Shown: positions 15,301-27,299 of the stretch, in pieces
Numbering within the stretch: the first letter of the stretch is position 1
Layout: each line of letters begins with the position of its first letter
NCBI GenBank assembly: GCA_040954595.2
Contig: CM082579.2
Location: 1,997,908 to 2,061,907 of the forward strand
DNA: 64,000 nucleotides
Source of the DNA: Balanoglossus misakiensis
Lineage: Eukaryota; Animalia; Hemichordata
Direction: 5' to 3'
Made by a program: the position numbers and the translations under genes
Notes under the pieces: generated by a model
The model's input: the letters and a program-made list of their open reading frames with translations, nothing else
Databases searched by the model: none
Told to the model about the DNA's origin: nothing

Positions 15301-15400
15301 GTTCGTAAAACCCTTCAATCGCTGACACGCTATTGCGCTCTCGAGTCCGTGCAAAAGCAAGTAGCAAGCAACACACGGCTTTCCCGCTTGGATCATTTCT
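12400..15400 (+). mobile_element. Long ancient CR1-group LINE ORF2 fossil (endonuclease through RT)
   Basis: Co-linear remnants: EILLP..IF..*GGGA, WLEFKSAV, ILQKKC..RALF..LSLLFSGDIQRYKQ (SLxSGxIPxxWK), PRPI (YRPI), HGKIALYKLEFG (HxxLLxKLxxG), TSGVP (~14940), LYIDTT (~15040, YADDT). Confidence 0.65.
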
Positions 15401-16429
15401 CGCCCGAAGGAGGTGGGCGGGCAGACGGGAACCACTGGGATCCTGCTGCGCTATCCGTCGTCAGTGTGTCTCGGCTATGTGACATCGGGGCAATCTGATG
15501 CTTGTATGGTAACGCAACACCCGTCAATGATACCTTCGAAATCACTCTAAAATTGCCTCGGCTTCGACTTACATGTAATATGGAGCTAGTTAAATTACTA
15601 CAACCGCAGTTATCTTCGGTATAGAAACATTTTTAATAAACCCGAAAAAAATGAATACGGCAGGGGACGATGGGAGAAGTAATCAAGGTAATGCGAGATC
15701 GAGTAGCAGAAGACAAATATCAGTAATATTGCGAACGAATAATACGTCGTCTGCACATAATTGAGGTTTTAGCGCCAACTTTTGAGATCACAGTTAAGTG
15801 CTAACTGGTTAACTGTGTGCTGTTATGCTATCAGTCATTTCCTGGTGTTTACCCAAAGAATTTGTTGATTTTATTGAAGTGTGAAATACCAATAAAACCT
15901 TGTAATGAGCTATTATTTACATATTCACGAAGCTGACTTGAATAAACAGACAAATAGTCTAACTTATCTACACGCGGATGGAGAACATTCGCTCCCTGTT
16001 ATTGGTGGCGTTAACTACGTTGCCATGCATATGCAGCACACATGAAAAGCTAGATTAACAATGCGATTTTCAATGGCCTATAAAACAACTCTTAAGCAAG
16101 CTATTTACTAGTCCATGTCGAAACATAGATTTTGCACGTTTTTTGGTCACGGTTCTGTCTCTCGAAGTATCATCCAGAATGTCTCCCATCGAAAAAAACG
16201 TATCTATATAGATATATACTAATCACAATACTGAACGCGTGTCAGTCATGTAAAAGCGCATGCATAGCCTGGATTTAAAACCCGCCAACCGGGTCTGTGC
16301 ACTGCGCAGCGAGTGTGCTTGTGCAGTACGCCCATTTAAAAAAAAAAACGTCTGTCCGAAACTCCTTTTTACGTAAACCGTATCAAGCGACCGCTAGCGC
16401 TGTTCACGGGGGTTTGCGACATCACATGG

Positions 16430-16585
16430 CTGAGGTGGGAGGGGCTTCTTTGACGCCGTGTTACCAGTGTATATCGGAGTCGATGAACGGTAGCAAATCA
16501 TGCGGGCCTAAGCCGTGCTGATTGGTTGAACTCCCTAGCCTCCCTATATAATTATCCGTTCACTGGTAGAAGTCTGACAGTTGTA
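16430..16585 (+). promoter_or_regulatory. Putative Mab21 core promoter
   Basis: GC-box-like ggtgggagggg (~16434), inverted CCAAT box gctgATTGGtt (16521-16525), TATATAA (16545-16551), Inr-like acagtt near 16579, about 340 nt upstream of the ATG. Confidence 0.5.
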
Positions 16586-16914
16586 ATTGTGCAGATGACG
16601 TGTCACGGGAACTTGTTTTTCGTTGACACATTTCTTATAAGGCCGATGGAAAGATAAACAGACAGCGAACTGTAATACATGGAAGTCAGATGACATACGC
16701 CGAACGTTTGCGAACCGGTGTACCTCAACTCAGTACCATCCGCTACACCGTACAGACTACTGTTAGTACTATCATAGAGTGCTACATCCCATCCCTACAA
16801 CACTGACCCTACGGCTACACTCACTAGTGTAAGCTGTGTCGTATACACACAGGCGACTGTTGCATAGAAACACGCGGGCCACTTCGACCCACGGCAGAAA
16901 AAAATATAATAACC

Positions 16915-17997
16915 ATGATGGCAGCTCAGTCCAAGCTCTTATTCCAACTTAACAAGTATGTCAACGAACGAGTCACTGCTCGCAAGGCGAACATTAACAA
17001 GACGATACGAGAGACTTGTAAAGTGGTCACTGATGTACTCAAGGAAGTCGAGGTCCAAGAACCGCGTTTCATCAGTTCTCTGGTGGAGAACGAAAACGGG
17101 CGATACGAAGGCTTGGAAGTAGTCTCCCCGACAGAATTCGAAGTTGTCTTGTACCTAAATCAAATGGGAGTTTTCAACTTTGTCGACGACGGTGCTATAC
17201 CTGGATGCGCGGTGCTCAAGCTTAGCGACGGCCGCAAACGCTCCATGTCGCTCTGGGTCGAGTTCATAACCGCTTCGGGGTACCTATCGGCTCGTAAGAT
17301 ACGATCACGGTTTCAGACTCTGGTTGCCCAGGCCGTGGACAAGTGCAAGTACCGGGACCACGTCAAAATGATTGCCGACACCACGGAGGTGAAGCTGAGA
17401 ATCCGAGAACGCTACGTCGTGCAGATCACGCCGGCGTTCAAGTGCAGTGGTATCTGGCCGCGCAGTGCGTCGCACTGGCCGCTGCCCCACATACCGTGGC
17501 CCGGACCTAACCTCGTAGCCGAAGTGAAAACGGAAGGATTTGATCTCCAGTCGAAAGAAAGCCTCCACCAAGCCGGGAAGCAGTCCTCAGCCGAGGGGGA
17601 TGCATGGGTTCTGTGTTTCACCGAAGCGGAGAATAAGTTGTTGCAAGGAGGGTGTCGAAGGAAGTGTCTCAGCGTTCTGATGACACTACGCGACCGCCAC
17701 TTGGACCTTAGCGGCCAGCCCGTCAAAAACTACCACATGAAGACATTGCTGCTCTACGAATGTGAAAAGCACCCGCGAGAGATTGACTGGGACGAGAGCT
17801 GCCTGGGCGACCGGATAAACGGTATCTTGCTTCAGCTGATTTCGTGTTTACAAAGTCGTAAGTGCCCGCATTTCTTTTTGCATGGGCTTGATCTATTCCA
17901 GGGTAAGAGCCATTCGTCCTTGGACAACGCCGCAAAACAAGCCTGGAGAATTGCCAGAGAGATCCTAACCAACACTAAAAGTCTGGAGAAACTGTGA
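16915..17997 (+). CDS. mab21: Mab21-like protein (MAB21L1/L2 orthologue, cGAS/NTase fold), single coding exon, nested antisense in the neurobeachin intron
   Basis: 360-aa ORF, good Kozak (aaccATGATGG). Near-identical to vertebrate MAB21L1/2 motifs EVEVQEPRFISSL, EFEVVLYLNQMGVFNFVDDG, LKLSDGRKRSMSLWVEFITASGYLSARKIRSRFQTLVAQAVDKC, YECEKHPRE, KSLEKL*. Confidence 0.98.
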   Translation: MMAAQSKLLFQLNKYVNERVTARKANINKTIRETCKVVTDVLKEVEVQEPRFISSLVENENGRYEGLEVVSPTEFEVVLYLNQMGVFNFVDDGAIPGCAVLKLSDGRKRSMSLWVEFITASGYLSARKIRSRFQTLVAQAVDKCKYRDHVKMIADTTEVKLRIRERYVVQITPAFKCSGIWPRSASHWPLPHIPWPGPNLVAEVKTEGFDLQSKESLHQAGKQSSAEGDAWVLCFTEAENKLLQGGCRRKCLSVLMTLRDRHLDLSGQPVKNYHMKTLLLYECEKHPREIDWDESCLGDRINGILLQLISCLQSRKCPHFFLHGLDLFQGKSHSSLDNAAKQAWRIAREILTNTKSLEKL

Positions 17998-19199
17998 TTT
18001 TTTTCAAACACTGAAATCTGCACTAACATTTTTATCGATGTTCAGTCAGCCGGGTACACGGGTTGGTTAGCGTGGAATCTTAACGTAACCCCCAATACTT
18101 GCAACGCAAATGAGGTATAGTATACCACACAATGCCATGTTGACAAACTCATTCAACTCGACATGTATGAAAGCATAGCTTCCAAACAATGCCAAACCAT
18201 TCATTACGCCAAAGGCAGAGAATCTGAACACCGAAAAACTCGTAAAATTTGTAACTTAAGCACGTTATCGAATAACGTTGGGAAGTCTTGAAGAAATTAT
18301 GAAGTTTTTATTTTGCTCGGTGGTGTACGATTTAGGCGAAGTACAAGTGTTAAACACTCTTGACTCTTCAACTTTAGGACGAGATAAACTTATTGTACTG
18401 TGAATATTATGAAGTTCATATATAATCAGTTATTTAATATTATGGCCTAATTTTGTGGAGCTTTCTATTATATGTATTTGAGTATTCGATGTAAGAGTAC
18501 TGTTTTATTTCTACAAGTGACGTGTTTAAACTTAATCTCATGAATACAAAGTAAAAACAACAACTGGGATACGTTGTGTAATGGTCTGTGATTTCTTCCG
18601 TCTGTTGGTTGATAACACGGGTGTTGTGGTATCTGCTTGTACGTTAAAAAAACTTCCGGTAACTTATGATAACACAAAGCTCCCTCGTGAAAAGATTCAC
18701 CCGTCTGCCTTCAGTCTATTATTCCTGAAACAACGTATCTTTAAATCGTATTGTTTTTGCAAATTAGACCGTTAATTTGGACACGCACTGCGGCGGTAAG
18801 CCACCGTTATATGCGAAACTACCTCGACCTTGGGCAACGAGAAAACGGATACTGTTGGTTTTATATTTTTTTTACATTCCTTTCACGGCTGTGATAACTC
18901 GCACACGAGATTACCTACAGCATGTTTCTGGTGGCGCAACAGCTTAAACAATACAAAACAGAACGATGCCATCCTCATAGTCATATAAATTGAGGAACCA
19001 TGCATGTCATGGGGTTTCCTTAACGCAGGGACAAACGCAACGACAGCGGTGTTTATTTTTTACCCGTTCGTGGAGTTCGTAGTTTAACTTTTTACACCCA
19101 GACCCGTTTATGTATCGTAAATTCTCGACCCTTTGCCCCGCTGTTTGTGCCATTTTCTGAGCAGAACGGCTGGTCTTATTTAGGATGCAAAATATTAAA

Positions 19200-21430
19200 A
19201 ATTATGAGACAGATTGAGAATCGGCAACTTCGATTGTATCGGTAAACTGGGGGACTTCCAAACACGACTCGCTTTCTGGTATTGTATACGAGCGGTTGGT
19301 CGAACTGATCAACCATTTGTCACCACAGACACTACAACTTCATCGCGGTTAACATATGTAAAACGCACATTATTGGATGTCATAATTGTTTACAATAAAA
19401 CGGCGAAAATGAAAGATAACGTTTATATGCTGGCGGGTTTATTAAAAACTATACAGAACGCCTACACTCACATCCAAACTCTACGCCGCGCTTTGCATAC
19501 GATATCAGGAGCAGACTCGATCAGACCTCGCGACCCTGTAACATCGGTGACTATTTTCAGACGCTAACAGTCTGTACGATGCACACAGAAGGGAAAAAAC
19601 CTCAGGAAAATTTTTAGGAAATGCGTTTTCTTTGTATTCTGTCGCAGATGTCAAAAGCGGTAATCGGATTTAACGAAGGCGATGTGTGAGCGCCCGACGA
19701 GCAGGGCAGGCTGGGTCGTTTCGCATGTGGGCCCACCACACTATTATAATTATAGATGCGATATTAGTATGCGTTGATGTAGTTTACGGCATATTATTTC
19801 ATAAACAATATTTTTTAAAATCCCAGAGCTGTATTGTTGCGTATGTATAGTTCGAAGCCACCAAGCGAAACGGCTTGCCGACTCACACAGTGTTCACTAT
19901 TGTTGGAACCAACACTTCCTCTCGTACCACTTGTAGCTGTTAATGAAACAGTCCATCATTGTGTCATTTGAACAGTTGGAAATTAATGTGGAGGACACGC
20001 TTTCTATTATTTAAGCTCGTCGACTATTCCAGGATATCTGAGGGGTGTGTATTCTTTGGTGGGCGTGATCGAAATTGCATCATTTATGCGACTGTTTTCT
20101 CCCCCTGAAAAAAGGGGAACGTTCTCAGCTGGGTTGAAACGCGTCCATCAGCGCGTCTGTTAGTGTTATCGCTCGGTGCAAGTTGGCGATGCCGTATTTG
20201 GGTGAGGGGGGAGAAAGCGACCAGATTAAATTAATAAAAAACTACGAGAGACGAGGAGAAACAAGTGTATGTTGGTCTGACGACAGACTGATGTAGCGAT
20301 GAGAGGTATATGCCACGAACACTGAGTGTCAGCATAACACAACCAAAGCACAAAAGCGCAAACTGACATGTAGCCCCGTCTCCCGTATTCAATACCGGGG
20401 TCAATCTGAAATATATAGGCAATAATGTACCATATGTGAATGTAATGTACAGGGAAGTCTCTTGGTTCATTGTTAAAATAGAGACTTCTGCGTTGTCAGC
20501 AAGCGACAACAGCTTGTTAACATCGGCCCAGTCTGTCGATTTGTGTGTTCAGTTGCTGGGACTGGCCGCATCGTATAGAGACACTGCCGCGGAAAAGGAA
20601 ATGTACGAACAAAACAGCAAGACGAATGAATCTGCTCTCCTCTCTTTTAACTCTCAAAAATCGGAAATTGGCAAACTAATGTACAGGGGATATGGAGATT
20701 TTCTTCCTCGCGTAAAGTCATGAAGCCCGGTGACAAAAAATCTCGTGATTGTCTCACAGTTCATGATTGAACCAAATCGCAAACCTGACGCTTCAACAAT
20801 TACTATACAACGAATCTCAGTCTTCGTTATTCTGAACGAATTGTTGCATAATCCACCAGAGAAACCACGAAACAAACTGAACGATTTTCAGATTCATCTG
20901 TTTCCCCTTTTACAGAAAATGTAAACGTCACTGGAACGTAACAGCTGACGGACAGGGACATGATTGTATGGGTCGTTCGCTGTCACGGCACGAACGTCCA
21001 CGGCGATTAAAATGCATATCGCGAGAGGAATAGACTTGTGATATACGGGATGTTTGTTCACCATATGTGTTTTAATGGATAAGTCCAATAATGCCGGTGA
21101 AATGCCCAGTTTTGTCCTGGTACAAAACAAACTCTACGTGGGGTTCAGACACACTGAAAAAGGATTATATCTAACTATGAGATTGCATCCCTCACACAGC
21201 ATCGGCAGATTTCAGGCATCCACTTCCTATGATAAATTTGAGCACAGATTCAGTAGAGCAAAATGAAGCATTCTGCAATATTGTTTGCAAATATATATAC
21301 TTTTACTACCTCCGCCACTCTGAACGCCATAAATTGGGGATAAATTTAGCATACATAGACAACAGCCGTGCTTCCAAACGAAATAACAGATAGTTGTGAT
21401 GTTGCTATTTTCTCTAGCTTAATAAATCAC
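19200..21430 (+). mobile_element. Ancient CR1/L2-group LINE ORF2 fossil
   Basis: Co-linear LGDFQ, TLLDVIIVYN, LSASDNSL (FADDxxL), LSFNSQKSE, KNLVIV (KNLGV), ILNELLHNPP..KL..IHLFP, LPNEIT..F. Confidence 0.6.
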
Positions 21431-21499
21431 TGTCATAAATTGACGGTGTGTTCAGCTCATCTCTTGCAGTATTTTTGTGCTTTTCTCAAATCCGACAGC

Positions 21500-21900
21500 A
21501 CAGCAGTTGTTCTTGCGTCCCGCAGAACGTTAAAGATGTGCGTTTTCGGTGGAAAATACAGCGTGTTGACAACGTTTGCAAGGGGGGGGGGGGAGATGGG
21601 GGCAGACCGGCTTCAAGGACACTTCTCGTACCGACGCGAGATGATACATTTAAAAGTGTTTCCGGTGCACTGCACCCGATAAACGCAAATGCTGCGTTCT
21701 GATGACAACCATGAACTGTTAAAAGTCGACTGCGTCTGCACTGAGCGGCCTTGCTGTCCTCGCTGAACATACTTTCCACGCATTTTAAGAGAGAGATAAG
21801 ACTATAGGGTAAAGAAAACCTGACAACGTTTACGAGTTCTTGTAAATGGACCGTGGTGGCTTGGGATAATTCACGGGGCTGTGCCACATCAAACATACTA
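21500..21900 (-). mobile_element. Possible LINE RT N-terminal fossil
   Basis: PYSLISLLKCVESMFSE resembles NYRPISLLxxxxKxFE. Confidence 0.35.
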
Positions 21901-23599
21901 CACTGGCCGATGACGTAGTCATGCTAATAATTCTCCCCTTCTCTTTCTTAAATCTTCAAAATTTAAAAATATTTGACGGCCCCTCCCCTCCACGAATGCA
22001 GCGTTTTCGGCTGCTTAGCATCGGCCATAGCATTGCTCCAACTGTAAAGACGAACAGTACTGCAACCCAAGCACAGGTTATAACCAAGAAGAAACAATCT
22101 CGTTTATACAATCTTCAAAAACGCCAGTCGCGATTCTAATTCACGCAGTCTGGCAGAGTAGGCGCATAACGGTGTATTTCGCTATGAACCCTGGTAATCT
22201 GGGAAAATTTTCAAAAGACTGAGCGATAAAAACTGTGGAAACAACACAGGACACTAGAGTTAACCTACGAACAGACACCGGTCAATGAAACGGCGACCTC
22301 GATACGGTTACCTACTTCCGCCTCTCTTCAATTCCTTTTTCCAAAACATATAACATTATTGCTAAATATCAATAATAGAAAAATGTAATATTCAAGGTGA
22401 TTGGATAGGCCTAAGTAAACAGCGGGGAGAGGTCTATAGAGCACTATGGTAAACTTCTGCACAGAGAGCAACCAAACAAAAATATGTTTCCATATTCTTT
22501 CAGATATATTGTCGGCAATGCGGGGGGACGTTTGAACGATAAAATAATATCTAAGGACAGCACATATCAGTTGAAATTAATTGTGACCATTAATACAAAA
22601 AAATCATGCCATGGGAAGTACGAAAATGGCGAAAGTTGCTTTCGCAGTTTCGTGAAACAATTCCTTGCTCACTCTAGCTAAGAAAGAAAGCAGGCAAGCC
22701 AGTACGGCCCCTTGCCGCTAACGCCGCATCACACTGGCAGCCAAGTCCGGTGATCCCCGCTACCCTTCAATTTTATCTCCTGTGTTGAAATCTGAAATCT
22801 TCAGGGCGCTAACGCTAGATGCAGATTCGAGTGTGTGGACACACTACCGCGGCAGTTACTGGAGTGTCTGTCAATCAATACGGCAAACCTAAGTTCGAAA
22901 TGCGCACGACGTTTTATTTTTTCAAGTGCGGCGGACAGATTATCGGGAATTGTTTAAGTCATAACTTAAAAAAAAAAAAATTGCGCTCACTGTTGAATAC
23001 TCGCCCCCCCCTCACATTTCAATAATGATATGATCTGTATTGGTGTTGTATCAATGCAACGATGCCTGTCAATGTACAGCAGAGGGCACTCAACTCGCGG
23101 TGTGCTAGCCTAAAGAGTTGCACCATCACATATGCAGCACTCGCTTGCAGGTAAATAATTAGTCTGTCCAGAACTGGAGAGCTCCCTACGGATATATATG
23201 CGCCTTATCTCCAAATGAAAGATAAAGATATTCGCGTGTTACTAAAATACTAACCATCAGCGTTAGAAGAGTATGTCTGATGGAACCGACACGTCCTCAC
23301 ACACATCTGTCTTTACCCTGAACAATTGGCAAATGACAAAGTGAAAAAAATACTAAGGAAATATTTTTCCAGGATTAACCACGATGGCCGAAAGCCATTG
23401 CTGCTTGTATAGTTGCCCAAACGCCCCATCATCATTTTTTCAGTGTGAAACCTAGACATATCTATCATATTCATATTGGTGTCCACTCAGCCGTGCAATT
23501 CCATAACATCTGCAAAACATCATTTGTTCTCTTTGTGTGATCGGAGGATGGTCAATAGCTCGGCCGAATCTTTGACCCCTCCGTTGGACGTGTTTCTAA

Positions 23600-24000
23600 T
23601 ATTAGAGTAAAATTATTGAACATTTTCAATTTATCAATGAAAACAAACAGTCTTCAGTACGGATTATCGGAATACACATAACGAGGCAGATAGTTCTGTC
23701 TCGTTGAAAACTTTTTCCAATGACTGATAACAGGGAAACGTTCAAAATGTGATGATTCTGCTCGCTTCTTACTGGAAATAAAACTACAAAACACCGGACG
23801 ACACAATCTTTCCTTCCTGCGAGAGAATTTTTTATCAAATAACCTAAAAAGACGAACACGGAACAAGCAGAGGCCGATGTCTTTGTGCAGTCGAACCGGA
23901 TGGAAACACGCACTCCAGTGCGCTGGTACCGACTTAAACACGCGGTCATACATACATATATTATTTATTAGCAGAGATGGGAATAAGATAGTATTTTCCA
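23600..24000 (-). mobile_element. LINE RT fossil
   Basis: FDCTKT (DxxKAFD) followed by LIKNSLAGRKDCVV (WIxSFLxxRxQxVV). Confidence 0.45.
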
Positions 24001-24949
24001 CACTGATGGAAAATTTGCCAAACTCACTTTAAAACCCATTAGGCGACCGCCGGTGAGGCAAATTGTTAGGAGAGCGTACATTAGGCGCAACTAAAGCTTG
24101 CGCTCACCGTACTATACATGATAGTAGCATCTCCAAATCTTGAAATCCTCCGCCTGATAATAATCTAAATTACCTAATTTATTCATAATTGCTCCTGATA
24201 ATTAATATAATAAAACAAAAAGTGTAGAAACAGTAAATTCACCGTGTTAGAGGCTTACAGCGGCTCCCTATTCTTAATTTCCTTGTCGATGTGTGTATCG
24301 TTCAAATTTTGATCTTTTTTGAATAACGGAGTTAACGAATAATGACCAAAAAATCTAACATGGCATCTTCTCTGCCATTTTCAACAATCGAAGAAACCTG
24401 CGTGGAATTTATTTGTCCACCGTGACCATGGTCTTTTTGAGGTTTACAACGGTCGACGGCAGAGCCTCCTCTCCGTGACCGATGCTCCAAACATCCGGCG
24501 CCGAGAGCGAGCGCAAAAGTATCGCCGGCGAGAGACTGGATGCCGGTACAGAATTCTGAGACTCCCAAAAAAGCAATGCGTAGCTATGAAGTAAAAACAG
24601 GTGTAGGATGACAGGTTGATGGAATACCTTATCGAAAACCAAGTACAGCCTAAATTATAAGCTATGTTCCGCAACGTTATGGCGACAATCTGCCTGCACT
24701 GGCGGCTGACCGAACAGTACGCCATTCCGAGGGATTATGCCTCCTTAAACGAATCAAAATAATTTCACGCTTTTCGTCTTGAAATGCTTCGTCTAAGCCC
24801 AGAAAATCCAGACTGTCAATTATCACTCTTTACTGAAATCCGGTATTAAGACAGACGAGTTTTAATCGAGGGACGTTTCTCTTTGACTCAGCATCCAATA
24901 ATACGCCTTTTACCATCTTTTCCCCCAGTATAAACATAAAGCTATATTA

Positions 24950-25450
24950 GCTGTAGCTATAACCTTTGCCTATCTTCTCTGTATTCCTTTTCTGTGTGTC
25001 AACAACACTTTTTGCCGTGCTTGATGGACTCACCAAAGCATTGCAATACTGAATATTACATTTCTGTCTACAACGCCCATATGCGTACAGTATCCGGTTA
25101 TTGTCAATAATAGAATCTAAGTCCGGGCTAGAATTCATCATGTCAACAATAACAATTGGTGTGGAGAGTTTAACAAGAGAACTCACTCGATACACAAACC
25201 AAAGAATATTAAAATGGCCAATGGGGAGCTTCGCGCTTTGCAATAGACGTCAAGGCCAAATTTCTATTTCTAAAAAAGTCACGTGTCAACGGCCATTTTC
25301 AATGTCATTCTTAAACTCTCTGCACACGAGAAAGCACAATAAGTTTTGATGTATTTATTTCCACAATAATATCGTTATCGCTGAGCTGACAAAAACAGAG
25401 TAGTTTTAACTTTTGCAAGTCGGTTATTCCGGCCACACGTCACCAATGCA
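24950..25450 (+). mobile_element. LINE RT fossil
   Basis: LTKALQ..ILH (DLxKAFD.V.H) and ILKWPMGSFALCNRRQ (LxWxxSFLxNRxQ). Confidence 0.5.
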
Positions 25451-27299
25451 AAACTGACTCACAGACAGATCGATCTTTCTAACTTTCACGTACCATAATT
25501 TGCGGTTACTGCTGACGCTGCGATCCAGTCCCGTCTCGAGCGCAAGTAAACTGTTTACAGATCTGGTGTTTTTCACTTTTTATGGCGATCTTTCATTTCA
25601 AAATAAACCGAAAGGTTGCCGTGCTAAAGGATAGGTTAACGGGTGAGCTATACACAATCGCTACCTCAAACATAGACAGTTCCCAAAACCCAACACAGTA
25701 CGCACGCGTGTGATGCTTCCACAGTCGATCTTGCTACGAAAATCACTAATTTAAAAACGAGTATGAACCCGAAACACACCACAGACACAGAAAATGCGGA
25801 CTTTCCGGTCGGTCAAGCCGAAACGCATACTTCACATCGATGATGGCTTTTATCGGAATGGAAGAAGGCCGCCTATAGGCCAGACCACGTGTATTGGCCG
25901 GGCAGTCATGATGGCAGACGAAGGCGATGTCACACACGACCGGGTAGCGTTGCGTGCGCAAAAAAGTGGTTTCGTTTAGGTCAAAGCTGCACACAATGCG
26001 AAGTTGTCGAGACATAACAATAAATACGATAAGCTCAAAGTTAAAGTACGCAAAATCTAACATAAAAAACCGCAATGTTCACCTGAATATAAAGCTAAAT
26101 TATGAGAAGTACTTGAAGGGTAACGGACAGCTGTGAATTCAACGGCAAAAAAAGCGATGACAGGAAAATACCTCACTGCTGTCTGGCGAATACTTGCATA
26201 GTTTTCCTACATAAATTTGATCACTCTCTTTTATCGTCAATATTTAACGATATCACATTTTTTCCATATACATAATTATATTTGCCCCGGGGAAACCCAT
26301 AATTACCCAAACAGCGACACAAACCCACATTGTTGGAATTATAAGAAAATGCGATAAGCTGGGATAAAATTGATTGGTTTTCTGCCTTTGAATACCGTGT
26401 AATAACAGAAAGAAGGGGGTTCGCTTTGTTTGTTCATATATTATGCGAGATGTAATGTTTGAAGTAAAAACATCCATATTACATGTTATACCAAGGGCAC
26501 AGAAATGACGTCACTAGCTTATAGCACAAAGCTGAAAGAATTCACAGGACCATATTAATCAAGGGTCTGACTGGAAGCATTTGACAGTGTGGTTTTCTAG
26601 CCCGCAAACGCCGACAAACGAAAGAATATGTGCCCGGGTCCTGAAAAACGTAAAAAGAGAAAGCGGGCATTCTTGTACCATCCAGGCCCACACTACAACA
26701 GTTGAGTTCGACTTCTAATTGCGGAAAGGTATGGGGGATTAAACAAAACCCGCACTAACCGAGACAAACATCAGCCTGTAGAAATGAATGAATCTGCAGT
26801 GTAGAATGTCTGTATCACTGATTGCACGCCGTATTCTGGGAACATGGCCCTAGGCTGCCTGGTCAGGAATGTTGTAACTATACATGAGTGATCGTGAACA
26901 AAGCCGGCGAATGGTGTGTACAGCGGTGCCTATGCACACACACACTGCTAGGGGGAGGGGGAGGGGAGACAGACCAGCGCGGTTTACTGTCACGGGGGGA
27001 TTTCCTCGATTTTTACGGTACTAGTCAACAGGGGAAGGTGTATATTATTACCATGCATTTCTCTGAGACTTAGACGATGGGGTTTTCTCTATAAAAAAAC
27101 AATAATATCACGACTGTCGGTTCAGTTTGAAAATTGCCGGTTCCTAACCACCTCAGAGTTAGATTATTTCTCGCAGATGCAAAATTCGGATGCAAGCCTC
27201 TCACACAAACAAAAACACAAACAAGAGACCGCCAAACTGTTGGCGTCACTGACGTGAGTTTAATCTGGTGAGATACAGATCATGGCTGATGGTAGAGCG

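Noticed and set aside
17305-18029. Minus-strand ORFs overlapping Mab21
   Set aside because: Shadow ORFs of a GC-rich CDS with no recognisable domain.
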